This document shows, piece after piece, positions 49,556 to 63,334 of a stretch of DNA of 64,000 nt. The notes beneath the pieces were generated by a model. The model had not been told where the DNA came from and searched no databases. It was given only the letters and a program-made list of their open reading frames with translations. Each line of letters begins with the position of its first letter. Within the stretch, counting starts at the first letter, position 1. This DNA is from Octopus sinensis (taxonomy: Eukaryota), in the NCBI RefSeq assembly GCF_006345805.1, contig NC_043004.1:12028001-12092000 (forward strand), written 5' to 3'. Position numbers and translations under genes: made by a program.

Positions 49556-50166
49556 TAAATTTGTATGATTGATTAACTTATTTTTAAGTATTTTACTATA
49601 TCAAGACAATGTGGTCCCCAAAAAAACCCCCTTTATTTATAAGCTCAGTGATTGCTTTGTGCTCTAGTATCTGCTTTGGCATGGTTTCTCTTGCTGTGTG
49701 GCCTTCCTAACACCATGCACTTTGTAGCATATGCTGGGTCCATTTTTTCATGTGACAAACCCTGAGTCGGTAGGAACGATTTTATACTACATGCAGGTCA
49801 AAAGAGGGGTAAAATTATGAGAGAAGGTGGTAAAGTAAAACAGGCTTTTTTGCTGTACAATGTCCACCTCAATACTCACATTTTAAAAGAAAGGGTGGAG
49901 TGATTGAGTTGAACCAGAGAAATATGTAATGAGAATGTAGGAGATGACTGGCAGCATTGAACGGCAGAATAGTAACGATGAAAAAGTAGACAGGAGAAGG
50001 GCAAGAGATGGTTGATGTTGGGTAAGTTGCAGGATTGGATGAGGAAGAGAGAGACAAGCACAATAGATGAGAAGAGTGGAGGCCAATGGTGGTGAGGGAG
50101 GAGAGTTAAGTCAGTGAGGGTTGGGGATGATCATTGGAAAAGGTTGACAGTAACTTCAAAGTTTAC

Positions 50167-50202
50167 CTTGCCTGAATCTTCAATGTTATCATCAACATTT
50201 TC
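50167..50202 (-). CDS. Candidate 36-nt phase-0 exon
   Basis: Acceptor ttttttgaaacttttacaag and donor CAAG|gtaaac. Peptide ENVDDNIEDSGK; phase-compatible with the 33358-33155 exon. Confidence 0.25.
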
Positions 50203-50338
50203 CTTGTAAAAGTTTCAAAAAATAATGTATGCTACTACACATGTATATAGTAACCCTTCCATTTAATATTACCGTGTTTTTATATACAACTTGGCATTAA
50301 GACAAACATTTATGTATGTGTGTGTGTGTGTGTGTGTT

Positions 50339-50391
<53 letters not shown>

Positions 50392-50392
50392 C

Positions 50393-50737
50393 AGAAATTA
50401 AAAAAGGAAAATATGCACACTTACATAGTTTTAATATAATTTTTAATATATCGACCAGTTTCCCTACCGCTATTCATGATATCATGTTTTACTTATTTGA
50501 ATATATATTTTTTCTTAAGAAGAAATTTTGTCTATGTTGTGTGTGATGTAATTCACAAGTGAATGACTTCACAAGTAGATAAATGAAGGGAGGTAATTGG
50601 TTGTCGTTATTATTGTTATTGTTATGGGTAAGTAAAATAAGTAAAACATATCATGAATAGCGATAGCGAAATCGGTCGATATATTAAAAATTATATTAAA
50701 ACTATGTAAGTGTGTGTATTTTCCTTTTTTAATTTCT
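50393..50737. mobile_element. Long-TIR fold-back MITE
   Basis: Inverted arms of about 105 bp (50393-50498 and 50635-50737) at roughly 90% identity by eye, with a 136-bp spacer. Confidence 0.85.
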
Positions 50738-50819
50738 TATATACATTACAACTCCACATGGGGATAACGAAATTCCTCTTTTCTGTTACTACTATATGTG
50801 GTTTGTATGATATATATTA

Positions 50820-50850
<31 letters not shown>

Positions 50851-50873
50851 TGTGTGTGTGAGTGTGTGGTGTG

Positions 50874-50905
<32 letters not shown>

Positions 50906-51883
50906 TATACATATATATATATGCACTCACAAACACACATACACACACACTCATACATATATACTCACATTCAGATACATACACACACACACACACACAT
51001 GTATGCATACACATATATATCACTATGCACAAAACACAAACATACCAGTGTGTCTGCGTATATATTTCCCTAATGAATTTATATATTTAACCAACATGAT
51101 ATTAATTATGAATATAGATTTTTCCTAATGATTTAATCTATGTTTAATTTTGCCTGTTTATAGATATTGAAATAAAAACTAAGGCTTTAATTATATTCAT
51201 TACACTTCTTTTACGACCATTATTTAGCAGAGAGAGTAATAATATGCTATATGAATCTATATATATGTGCATATGTGTATGCATGTGTCTATTTATATAT
51301 CCATGTGTGTGTGTGTGTGTGTGTGTGTAAGCATGATTTTGAGCTGACCCATTATGCATAAAATATACTTTCAATAGAGTCGGAAATACCTCAAAATACA
51401 GATCCTCTGCTAAGGATAATTTGCTTTTAAAAATTTACGAGGGTGAATTAGCAGTACCTATACCTTTTTTGCCAGGGTCTCTGAGAGTGGTGGAGACAGA
51501 ATGAAGTCATGCAAACACTGAATTTGCAAGGGGAAAAACAGTCACAGTAGGAGATAGTGAGTAAATCCCGAACATGAGATCTGGTTTGAATGTTTGAAAC
51601 AGATTGGACATTGTTTAATGTATTTCCAGGACTAGCTATTGGTGTTAAACTGACAGGTGGTTAAGTCTAATGCTATTACCGTTTCTTTGCCCATTTGCAA
51701 TGCTTGACCACTAAATCCACAAGTTTTTTTTTTATTCTCTCTCTATTTTCTCTTATTCCTTTCTGTTGAAGAGCATAGGCTCGAAACATAAAATACTAAT
51801 TCTCTTTTCCAAGCAGCATCAAATTAATGCACCTGCTTGTTGTACATACGCCTGTCTTTGACTTTTGTTATTCTATAAATTTC

Positions 51884-51948
<65 letters not shown>

Positions 51949-52419
51949 AATATATATATATATCATTGTCATGATCATTAATGTCCTCCTTCCATGCTGG
52001 CATGGGTTGGACAGTTTGACAGGAGCCGGCCAGGCAGAAGCCTGGCATGCTTCTGTGTCTGTTTTAGCATGGCATTTATGGCTGGATGCCCTTCGTAACA
52101 CCAACCACCCTGAAAGTGAGCTGAGTGCTTTTTACGTGGTATTTGCACAGGAGAGGTCTGTTTTGGATGGTTTTTACAGCTGGATGCCCTTCCAAATGCC
52201 AACCATTTTACAGTGTGGACTGGGGACTTTTTTAAGTACTGGCAGGGTCACCAAGCGACTTTACAAGCAAAGAGTCTTTGAGAGAGGAGGGGCATACACA
52301 TATATGACAATACTATTCTTAGACTATGAAGCATTAAAAACACATGAAAGAACTTTGTTTTTGATGCACCAACTTCCATTTTCTCTCCTGCTTTTTACAC
52401 TGTCCTATGTGGAATATTT

Positions 52420-53840
52420 GACACTTAGCTATTTTTAAGCTTTATCACTTTGACACCAATGAGCTGAGTTTGGCTCTTTTAAGAAACAGTTACTTGTTAA
52501 ATTTTTGTTGCTGACCAATGTTAAGTGTCTGATATATTAAACTTATAATAAGGTGTTAACATGACTATGTGGTAAAAAGTTTATTTCCCAGTCACTTGGT
52601 TTTGGGTTCAATCCAACTGTGTAACATATTGGGCAAGTATCTTCTACTATAGCCTTGAGCTGACCAAAGCCTTGTTAGTGTGGATTTGGTCAACAGAAAC
52701 TGAAAAAAGCATGTCTCTCATTCACCACACACACATGCACATATCTCCTTGCCTTGACATCACATGATAGTTACAAACAATTGCCATTTATTGATCCTCT
52801 GTGAAAACATGTCTTGACATTGGGAAATATCACCTTACTTGGAAACTGTTGAGAGTTGGCTTCTGGAAGAGCATCCAGCCATAGAAAATCGATCTCAACA
52901 AAATTTCATTTAACCCATGCAGGCATAGAAAAATGGATGTTAAAATGATAATAATGATGATGAATAAAACATTAGCACTAGGTTATGTGACCTTTATTGA
53001 CATTCTGATATGTGAAATATTTTAACAATAAGTCTTATTAAATCTTTGACTCTGAGCTGAGTTCTGCTCTTTTAAGTATCCAAAACAGAGTTAATGTTTA
53101 TCTGAAACACAGTTATGTTATGTTAAATTTTTGACACTGACTAACGTTAAGTACTTGATATTGAACTATAGTAAAATACTAGCACTAAGCTCTGTGACAT
53201 CTCTTGACATTGTGATATGTAAAATACTTTAGCAGTAAGTCATATTAAATCTTTGAAACTGATTTATGGAAAATCTTTGAAATTTAGTTACGTTAAATGA
53301 TAAGATGTTTTCTTATGCAGTGAAGAAAATCTGTCATGCAGGTCGCATATTGTCATTTCTAGTGCACTGTTTCAATTTAAATCTTACAAAGCCTAGCCGT
53401 GAGAAAAATAAGAATGTAAACAGAATCCTTCTATGCTTTTAATGTGCAGAAAAAAAGAGCACTGAAGTTTCCTGTCAGTATGTTTCATGTTTGATGATCA
53501 CTCCTCTGAGAAGACAAACCTAGTTTTCTTGTAATTAAGTCACATTAGATAAGGATGTTGTTCGCTTAATGAAATCAGTCATTCATGTCTTATATAATTG
53601 TATAGTCATCTGCAGATTTTTGAAATTGAGTTACATTATATGATAAGGATGTTGTTTTCATTATGCATTTAATAAGTCAATCATGCAGGTCTCATAAAGT
53701 TGTATTGTCATTCTATTTAAGTTTAAATCTTACAAAGCCTAGCAGTGGGAGAATTAAAAACATAAACACAGTCCTTCTATGCTTCTAATGTGCAGAAAAA
53801 AAAATGCAGGGGAGTTTCCTGTCAAGCTGTTTCATATTTA
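52420..53840. repeat. Degraded tandem duplications of otherwise unique AT-rich sequence
   Basis: ~52420-52560 resembles ~53040-53170; ~52968-53050 resembles ~53170-53260; ~53300-53490 resembles ~53641-53838, with a partial third copy at ~53548. Confidence 0.75.
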
Positions 53841-54440
53841 GAAAATTACTATTTGTAAATCTCACAACAAAAGATATTCAACAACATTACTTTGGAGTAG
53901 CGATTATTTGCCAACATAATATGGCAGTCATGGAAATCCTGGACTTAGCAGTTTGGTAAAAGAGACCAATAGAATAAGTACTAGGCTTACAAAGAATAAG
54001 TCCTAGGGTCTATTTGCTCGACTAAAGGCAGTCCTCCTGCATAACTGCAGTCAATTGGCTGAAGCAAGTAAAAGAATCGTGAAACAACTCTGCTTCCTTT
54101 TACCTTCAAGCTAGACCCAACTTCACTTATTAAATAAATGAAGTTCTGCTGGAATATATCAGCCATAAAAACTTTTCCGTCTGCAAAACTCATGTCACAT
54201 TTACATATTTCTTGCCTATGTCAGACAGTGATATTTTAAACTCACACTTTAACATCTGATTACAATAGAAAAAGATCAGTCAACCAACTGACAAATAGTC
54301 ACTCACTGATGAACTTCAACAAGTCGCTTACAGTTACACAGTTTAACTTCTATCTAGGTTTTTTTTTTTTTTTTCTGCTATGATAGACTCTGCTCTTCAC
54401 AACTGCTTAATAGTCTACTCTTTTCACTTAGGCACATCAT

Positions 54441-54473
<33 letters not shown>

Positions 54474-54694
54474 GTTACATGCTGCATTTGAAAGAATTAT
54501 TAAATGACGTCCAACTGCGCTGAAAGTTTTGTTTTGTCCTACCAGCTACCTCTGTCTGAGGATTGGCTTTAGGTCTCTAAAATTCTGAATAACATGGTAT
54601 AAATGACCAGACAGATATACAGTATACATGCACACATATGCATTTGTGTGTATATAGTTGTTTGTCTGTGTATGTGTGTGATGTATATATATGT

Positions 54695-54729
<35 letters not shown>

Positions 54730-54759
54730 CATTTATATATGTGTATACATACATGGATA

Positions 54760-54805
<46 letters not shown>

Positions 54806-55489
54806 TATACATATATGCATGTGTGTATATATGTATATATATATATGTGTCTATGTGTATATACATACATGCATATATATATACATCCACACACATATAC
54901 ACACATATATTTATGTGTATATACACATATGTATATTCTATAATTAAGTATCTGTATGTTCACACACACACTCTTCCACACACACACACACACACACACA
55001 CATTTAGAGAGCAAAGTAGAAGAGGTGATAAAAAACAAAAACATATTCAAGAATCTCCTTAGACCATCTGTTCTTGGAGATTTTGGAACAAAAGAGATCG
55101 AAATACAGATACCCTCATCACACCTCGTCATCATCCTTACCCTCACCATCATCATCACCATCATCACCATCATCAGCATCATCACCATCATAGATCTGTC
55201 TGTTATAGATTGCATGTATGTTGCCCTGCAGAAGAGATCTCACTGTAGGACTAGAATTGTATTCTGCAGCCATGGCAGACGGCATGACACCAATCTGTGA
55301 CACACAGCGGCGCTATTATGGTATCTCTTGAGACGAGGAGCTGCTGGAAATGATTGATTCTGTCTCTTGTATATTTTGCTCTCTCCTTCCCTCCCTACCT
55401 CACTCTTACTCTCTCACTTTCTCACTCTCACTCTCTTTCTCTCTATGCTATATTATAGTCTGGCTGTATTGATAAACTATATTGAAAGC

Positions 55490-55710
55490 AACCACTGCTA
55501 CTACTACTACCACCACCACCACCATCTCTACTACTACTACTACACCAACCACCACCACCACTACTAATACTACACTAACCACCACCACCACCTCTACTAC
55601 TACTACTATAAGCACCACCACTACTACAATAACCAACACCACTGTTACAACTACTACTGTTATTACTACCTTCACTGTTACAACTACCACCACCACCACC
55701 ACTAATAACT
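55490..55710. repeat. (ACT/ACC)n trinucleotide tract
   Basis: It explains the poly-T and poly-V ORFs. Confidence 0.95.
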
Positions 55711-56212
55711 TTCTGTTTATGTACAGAATTAAACCAATTGACTTGACACATTGTTGCTATCATGTTTGTCTGATTGTCGTTGATATTGTTCCTCATGTCC
55801 TAAATGTATATTTATTCAGTTTCCATTTTATCAGGCTGACACAGACTTAATCCAGATTATCCCTGGATAAGCAATGAATTAACAGACTCATTAGAGTGTC
55901 GGATAGAACGCCTTGCAGTATTAGTTTTGGTTTACGGTGCTCAAGAGTTCGAATACAACCATGATCGTCATCATCATCATCATTACCATCATTTTCATCA
56001 TCATCATCATCGCTGTTGTTGTTGTCATCATCATCATCATCATCATCATATTCATTGCCATCATCATCATCATTTAACGTCCATTTGGGTTGGATGGTTT
56101 AACAAGAGGTAGCAAGGCCAGAAGCTGCGTCAGATTCCTTGGTTCATATTGGCAAGGTTTCTGCAGCTGGGCGGCCTTCCTAATGCCAACCACTTTACTG
56201 GGTGTATTCAAT

Positions 56213-56527
56213 GCTTTTTATGTGGCACCAGCACCAGTGCCTTTTATGTGGCACCAGCACCAGTGCCTTTTATGTGGCACCAGCACCAGTGCATTTTATG
56301 TGGCACCAGCACCAGTGCATTTTATGTGGCACCAGCACCAGTGCCTTTTATGTGGCACCAGCACCAGTGCATTTTATGTGGCACCAGCACCAGTGCATTT
56401 TATGTGGCACCAGCACCAGTGCCTTTTATGTGGCACCAGCACCAGTGCCTTTTATGTGGCACCAGCACCAGTGCATTTTATATGGCACCAGCACCAGTGC
56501 TTTTTACGTGGCACCATCACCAGCACA
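56213..56527. repeat. 26-bp minisatellite (11 units plus a partial) inside a SINE B copy (56060-56690, minus strand)
   Basis: Unit tgtggcaccagcaccagtgc(c/a)tttta starts at 56221 and repeats every 26 bp to 56481. There are no spacers. Confidence 0.95.
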
Positions 56528-57713
56528 AGGCTCCAGTCTGATCTGGCAGTGTTTCTACAGCTGGATACCCTTCCTAACACCAACCACTCTGTGAATGTAG
56601 TGGGTGCTTTTTACGTGCCACCAGCACAGGGGCCAGAGGAGGCTGGCAATGGCCACGATCGGTTGGTGCTTTTTATATGCCGTGTCCTCATATTTGTTCC
56701 CCGACCATTTGAAAACCATGTTGGTTTGTTTACATCCCTGTTACTTAGCAGTTCGCCAAGAGAGAGCCATTGAATAAGTACCAGATTCTGAAACATTAAG
56801 TACTTCTGTCAATTTGTTTAGCTAAACCTTTCAAGGTGGTGCCACAGCATGGCCGCAGTCCAATGACTGGAACAAGCAAGAGAGGAAAGACTAAAAACGG
56901 CAAGGTTTAATTTCAGAAAGATTTCGTTGCTATTTCTAGCATGTTATGCAAACAAACCTGTAGAGGCTTCCTTATTGATTTGTTGGTGGTAACAATTTCT
57001 AAATGGATTGAGCAAAGTATCGCAGGAAATAAAAATAAAAAAATAAGAAAAAGGAAAGAAAAATAAGTACGTTTATATATAAATAAATAAATAAATAACA
57101 AAAAAAAATAATAAAAGAGAACTAAAGAAAACATGAAATAAATTAAAGGTATCAAGTATATAGATAATTAACAAAAATATTATTAACCAGATTAACGAAC
57201 TAGTTGTAATTTTATTGACAGAAGAAAAGTAAAGTCCATTATGTTGACAGAATGAAATTAAACAGACAGAAAATGTTAAAATGACTGACAGAAAATTGTA
57301 ATTCTTTGACAGAGAAATAATAAAGTAACGGGAGAATCGAAATGAAATAGCAGTATAATTGTTGTAATGCAAGTGGTTAATTCTATTATTGAAGCATCTT
57401 TATCTCCGTTAGTGTTCGTCTACAAGTGTGTATGTATCTATCTATGTATGCGTGTGTGTATGTTTGTGCATATGTTTGGGTATATTTATGTATACGCATA
57501 CATACATACATATACATACACACACACACTCATACATATATCTGCATAGACTTACAAAAATGTTCATGCAAACACACATAAGTATTATATATATATATAT
57601 ATACATGCTCATAGGTGCATAGATATATATGTATACATATATATTTATATATACATATATATGCACATACACGTACATATAAAAGCATATACATACTTTC
57701 ACACAATTGCATG

Positions 57714-57746
<33 letters not shown>

Positions 57747-57786
57747 ATATATATTTATATATACACATACACCCACATATATATAC

Positions 57787-57836
<50 letters not shown>

Positions 57837-57845
57837 ACATACACC

Positions 57846-57880
<35 letters not shown>

Positions 57881-57904
57881 GATATACACACATACACATA
57901 CACC

Positions 57905-57942
<38 letters not shown>

Positions 57943-58017
57943 TATACACACATACACATACACCCACAATATATATATATATATAGATAGATATACATAC
58001 ATACACATACACCCACG

Positions 58018-58051
<34 letters not shown>

Positions 58052-59049
58052 CACAATCATGCATACATACATATATGCACATGTGTGTGTATAACTGTGT
58101 GTATGAACAAATGATAACGGCAGAAAAACACTGGAAAACAATCAAATAAAGTAAAAAACAAAAATTAAATTTAAAAAAAATATTCTGGTTTAAACGAAGT
58201 TACAGAAGCTTACGTATGTATATATCTGTGATCTGTGTGTATGTTTGTGTGTAGATATATCTGCGTGTGTGTGTGTGTGTGTGCTTGAAGGAGAGAGAGA
58301 GTATATAAGAGGGTGATTTAATTAGATTGACTGAATAAGTTAATTAAATTGTCAGAGAAACTCAATTATACATACTAGAACAGTTAATAAACTGAACAAG
58401 AGGAGGTGATCAGAGGAAGAGCGAGAGTAGAGAGAGAAAGGGAGAGAGAGTGGAATCGGTGAGGTCGAGTTGGCGGCAGCGGTGGTGGTGGTGGTGGTGG
58501 TGGTGGCAGTGGGGAGGGTGATTGAAAGAAGTAAGAGGAAGGATGAATGAACGTGAGATCAAAGGGAGAGAGAGAGGTAGGGAGAATAAGAAGTAGACAG
58601 AGAGAGAGAGAGAGAGAGAGAGTGGAGATTATATAGGTGAAGAAGTAAAGGTGAAAAAGAATGTGGGAGGGAAAGAGGGAGAGAGAAAAAGAAAGGGTAA
58701 ATGAGAGAGATTACCCGTCAGAGAAAGAGAGAGAGAAACAGTTAGTGAAAAAGTATGAGAGAAACTGAGACGAATTTAGGAGAAGGAAAAACAGACGCAA
58801 AAAAACAAGTTCTGATATATTTCAACCTCCTCCTCCCCTTCTCCACCCATCTCACACCCACTTGTCATATCAAAAAGTAAAATTGAAAAAAAAATTAAAT
58901 GAATTAAAACAGAAACAAAACAGACAAAAAAAAATAATGAATACAAATATAGTGGAAATGAAAGATTAAGCAATTAAAAAAATTTTTTTTTCATCCTTAA
59001 TCTAATTTTCAATGTCATTATTTTGTTTCATTGGAAAACAACCAAAAGA

Positions 59050-59098
<49 letters not shown>

Positions 59099-59099
59099 T

Positions 59100-59500
59100 A
59101 TTATTATTGAGTGAGGAAGCAGTGCCTGCCATCAAAGTGACACTGGAGTACAAGTATACAAAGCCCAATATACCCATCATGACAACCCATCTGATAAGGG
59201 TACAGAAGGCACATGCATCACAACCATATGTGCATGACATGGTGATCTGATATCAAGTTAAACACTGCATGACCTTGCAGGTGGGGCCCAGTTAGAATTT
59301 TCTTCAGGTCGAGTAGCTCATCCCACTCAAAAAGTTGTTTAAGGATGATGAACAAAACACCCATATTTCCAGTGATGAATTTTCAAACCCCAAAGAATTC
59401 CCCTCAACACGTGACTATGATGTTCCCCCACTACTTCTGCTCATGATCAAAGATGCACATCTCATCAGCTACTAAGGGACATGCTCAACTGGTTAAGATC
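59100..59500 (-). mobile_element. Retroposon 3' end with (AAT)n tail, family unassigned
   Basis: Flanked by (TAT)n tracts. It resembles a common octopod repeat as I recall it; not aligned. Confidence 0.5.
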
Positions 59501-59624
59501 AAATTATTATTATTCTTATTATTATATATTTTTATTAAATTTTTATTAATATATTATTATATATTTTTATTTCATATTATATATGAAAACCCACAGCTTA
59601 TTTTGCTATGTATGATGGAAAGTG

Positions 59625-60132
59625 TCAGCTGTCCACAGCCAGCAGACTAAGGTGACGCTTATTTACTGGTCATGCTTCAAGAATCCTGCGAAGAATTCTT
59701 GCAGTTCCAAGCAATGCTGATTTTTGTAAGTGTTCTACTTTCACACTTCCACAGATCTTTTTCAGCCATGCTGGTAGCTAAGTGCTGATACTTACAAGTG
59801 CACCAATTGCTATTGGTATCTATCATGTCTACTCTCTTCATTGACCACAACCTTCGTATCGACCACTTTAAACATCATAGTTGTTTATTTTTTCTTCTTT
59901 CACATTGGTCCTGTTACCACCAGGGCAAGATGTATCGATAATCATACACTTTCTTTCTTTTTTATTCACTACAACAATGTCCGGTTTCCGATGTCTGGTC
60001 AATTGATCACACTGGATCATTACATCCCACAAGATTTTGCAGTTCTCATTTTCAATGACTCCTGCTGGGGTTTGTTCATACCACGTCTTTGCTCTTTGTA
60101 GGCCATGATTCCCACAGAGCTCCCAATGGGTC
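59625..60132 (-). mobile_element. R4/Dong-clade LINE 3' end: restriction-like endonuclease domain plus 3' UTR (decayed)
   Basis: HWELC...KTWYEQTPAGVIENENCKILWDVMIQCD...RKPDIVVVNKKERKCMIIDTSCPG...KEEKINNYD shows the PD..D motif. Downstream, frameshifted LWSMKRVD..IPIAIGAL and LQKSALLGTARILRRILEA* follow. Confidence 0.9.
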
Positions 60133-60133
60133 A

Positions 60134-60164
<31 letters not shown>

Positions 60165-61084
60165 TATTATCATGCCGCCGAGTTTGACTCTCCCTTCCAT
60201 TCTTTTGGAGGCCAATGAAATAAGTAGCTGTTGAGCACTGGGGGTGGGGGAATCGATGTAGTCCACTTGACTTCTTCCACAAAATAACCAGGCCTTCTCG
60301 GAGGGGTTAGCAATAGAAAGGCAGGGCATCCAACAGTAGAAACCATGCCAAATCAAATTGGAGTTTGGTGCAACCCCCCCCCCCCCAGCTTGGCCAGGCC
60401 TGGTCAAACTGCCCAACCCATGGACAACAGAAGAAGATGATGAGGAGTTAAGAACCATCTCAGTCCTGTATTATTTGCTTATCAAGGTTACTGCCCACCT
60501 AGAAATGGGCCAGCTTCAAATTTGGCTTGGGTGGTCCACGTCTTGAGTCATTCATTCCATTTTGGCACTTGTTCTTAATCTACATAATAGTTAAGACGTT
60601 AATTTACTTAATACTTGAACTCTCACTCACAAAGAAACTGAAGCAGGAAATAGTTTTTAATTACTTTATTAAATGAGTCAGTATCAGATTAAATGTAAAC
60701 TTTTAATTAAACCAACCATAAAAACTATAAAGTGTGGAATAATGAAATATAAACACTGAAACTATTTATTTTTCCTTTTTTGTCTTTTGAGGTCAGCTTT
60801 GACTAATCCCTGCTTGTTAATTTGCATGGTTTTCTTACAAGGGTGAGATGTCAAAATTAAAAATGAAAGCTTGAAAGTAGGTCTTACATTATTTCAGAAA
60901 AGATATAAAAAGTGACAAATTTGTAATGCAACACCAATACTTAATGGTTTAAACAAAAAAAAAAACAAAAAAAAATGGCATAAGTAGACAAAAAGTAAAC
61001 GGGTGAAAACATCTTTTTAAAATATTGTGAAAATTTAATAAAAATACTTTTTTAAACATTGGAATAAAAATGGAAACAGCTGTA

Positions 61085-61284
61085 CTCTTTTACTTGTTTC
61101 AGTCATTTGACTGTGGCCATGCTGGAGCACCGCCTTTAGTCGAGCAAATCGACCCTAGGACTTATTCCTTGTAAGCTTAGTTCTTATTTATCGGTCTCTT
61201 TTGCCGAACCGCTAAGTTACAGTGACATAAATACATCAGCATCAGTTGTCAAGCGATGTTGGGGGGACAAACACAGACACACAA

Positions 61285-61335
<51 letters not shown>

Positions 61336-61502
61336 TATATATGATGGGCTTCTTTCAGTTTCCGTCTACCAAATCCACTCACAAGGCTTTGGTCAGCCCG
61401 AGGCTATAGTAGAATATACTCGCACAAGGTGCTACACAGTGGGACTGAACCCGGAACCACGTGGTTGGTAAACAAGCTACTTACCACACAGCCACTCCTA
61501 CG
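61085..61502 (-). mobile_element. SINE family A, full length, low divergence
   Basis: Reverse-complement head, (CA)n and tail; CpGs retained. Confidence 0.9.
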
Positions 61503-61917
61503 CTGTAATAAAAAATCTAAAAATGAATTTTAATTAAAGTAATAAATGATTTTTATATAGCAATAGTTTTTAACATCCACTTTTTCATAGCTGAATCAGT
61601 TGAGCAGAATTTATTTAGACAGATTTCCAATGGCTATGCACCCTTTCTGTCAACAACCCTGTGTTTCTAATCTGTTACCAAGCTAGGAAATATTTCCTCA
61701 TGTCCAGATTGGAATTAAAGGACACTGCTTAATTAGCAGTGACACTCATTTACAATTGTCATGCGTTGTGAAGGTAAGGCGACATTAACGGAAAATATGC
61801 ACACATCATCATCATCATTTAATGTCTGTTTTCCATGTTGGCATGAGTTGGATGGTTTGACCGAAGCTGACCAGCTAAAAGGCTTTCCAGCCTCCATGTT
61901 TGTTTTGGCATAGCTTC

Positions 61918-62001
<84 letters not shown>

Positions 62002-62016
62002 TATATACACACATAT

Positions 62017-62062
<46 letters not shown>

Positions 62063-62099
62063 TATATACACACATATATATATACATATATATATATTA

Positions 62100-62304
62100 G
62101 GTGCGGGCATGGCTGTGTGGTTAGGGAGCTTGCTTCCTAACTACATGGTTTCGGGTTCAGTCCCACTGTGTGGCACTTTGGGCAGGTGTCTTCCGCTATA
62201 GCCCCGAGCCGGCTGGAGCTCTGTGATTGAATTCTGTAGACGGAAGTTACTGCCGTGTGTGTATGTGTGCGTATAGCTGCTCAGTGCCTCTCCAAAAGAG
62301 AGAG

Positions 62305-62310
<6 letters not shown>
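62100..62310 (+). mobile_element. SINE subfamily A2
   Basis: Matches 30785-30992 in inverted orientation. Confidence 0.8.
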
Positions 62311-62339
<29 letters not shown>

Positions 62340-63334
62340 AAGTTTCCATCATACAAAGGTGATAATGGATTGATAGTTCAAATACCAGTTATATACTGTG
62401 GTTGATTAGACTTTCTTTCAGACAGACACTCCTGATGTTACTCTTTGATGTTATGACTTTGCAACTCATTAATTTGCGTATGTATATACATATGTGTGTG
62501 TATATATATATATATATATATACATGGATAGATAGATAGTTAGATAGATAGATAGATAGATAGATAGAGAGGCAAATAGATAGACAGATGGATAGATGTG
62601 TGTGTGGTGGGTTTCTTTTAATTTCTGTTTACCAAGCACATTCGAAAGGGTTTGATCAGCCTGGGGGCTTATAGTTGAAGACATGTGTTTAAGGTGGTAC
62701 ATAGTGGGAGTGAACCTGAAGCTATGTTGTTGAAAATCAAACTTCTTAACCACAGAACCACACCTATGCCCACTACACCTTAATTTGGGAATTGTATTTG
62801 TCTGGCAAGCAATGATTATGTCTGAAACTGTGTTCAAACTGAAACAACTAAATCATGAAAAAAACCATCTCGAAGGCTAAAGCCATCTGTAAAACATATA
62901 AAAACTGTTAAATTCACTTTTCAACTAATTCTTGATGTGTCAAATATTTCCATCACACTGCTGCTACCTGATTCAATTCCACTGCAGCTGTTTGAAATTT
63001 GGTTGCTAAACTTTGGTGGTGTGAAAAATATTTTTACACTTCAAAATTGATATAATTTTCAATTAATCCTTGTTTATTATATTGTTTGAAGGCTTTCTTA
63101 TTACCTTTCTGTTATGGGAGAATCCTGAACACCCATACGTGACTGAAGATGGACCAAAAGATTACAATGGATAAGAACTGAGTGAATTGTCAGCAGGGGT
63201 AGTTGATGGTGTTAGTTTGACCGTGTGTTGGTTTAACAGTTATAGTCGAACAGTGAATACTGGGTATCATACCTATGTTCAAGTAGTACGGAGTGCATTC
63301 TGTGTTAACATATATTTTCTGTGATAGGTTATTT

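Noticed and set aside
52954-53008. C/D box snoRNA (ATGATGA...CTGA)
   Set aside because: The C box is the (GAT)n tail of a SINE, there is no terminal stem, and the paralogous copy at ~53170 lacks the boxes.
56213-56527. CRISPR-like regular repeat
   Set aside because: Units are contiguous with no unique spacers, the array lies inside a eukaryotic SINE, and there are no cas genes.
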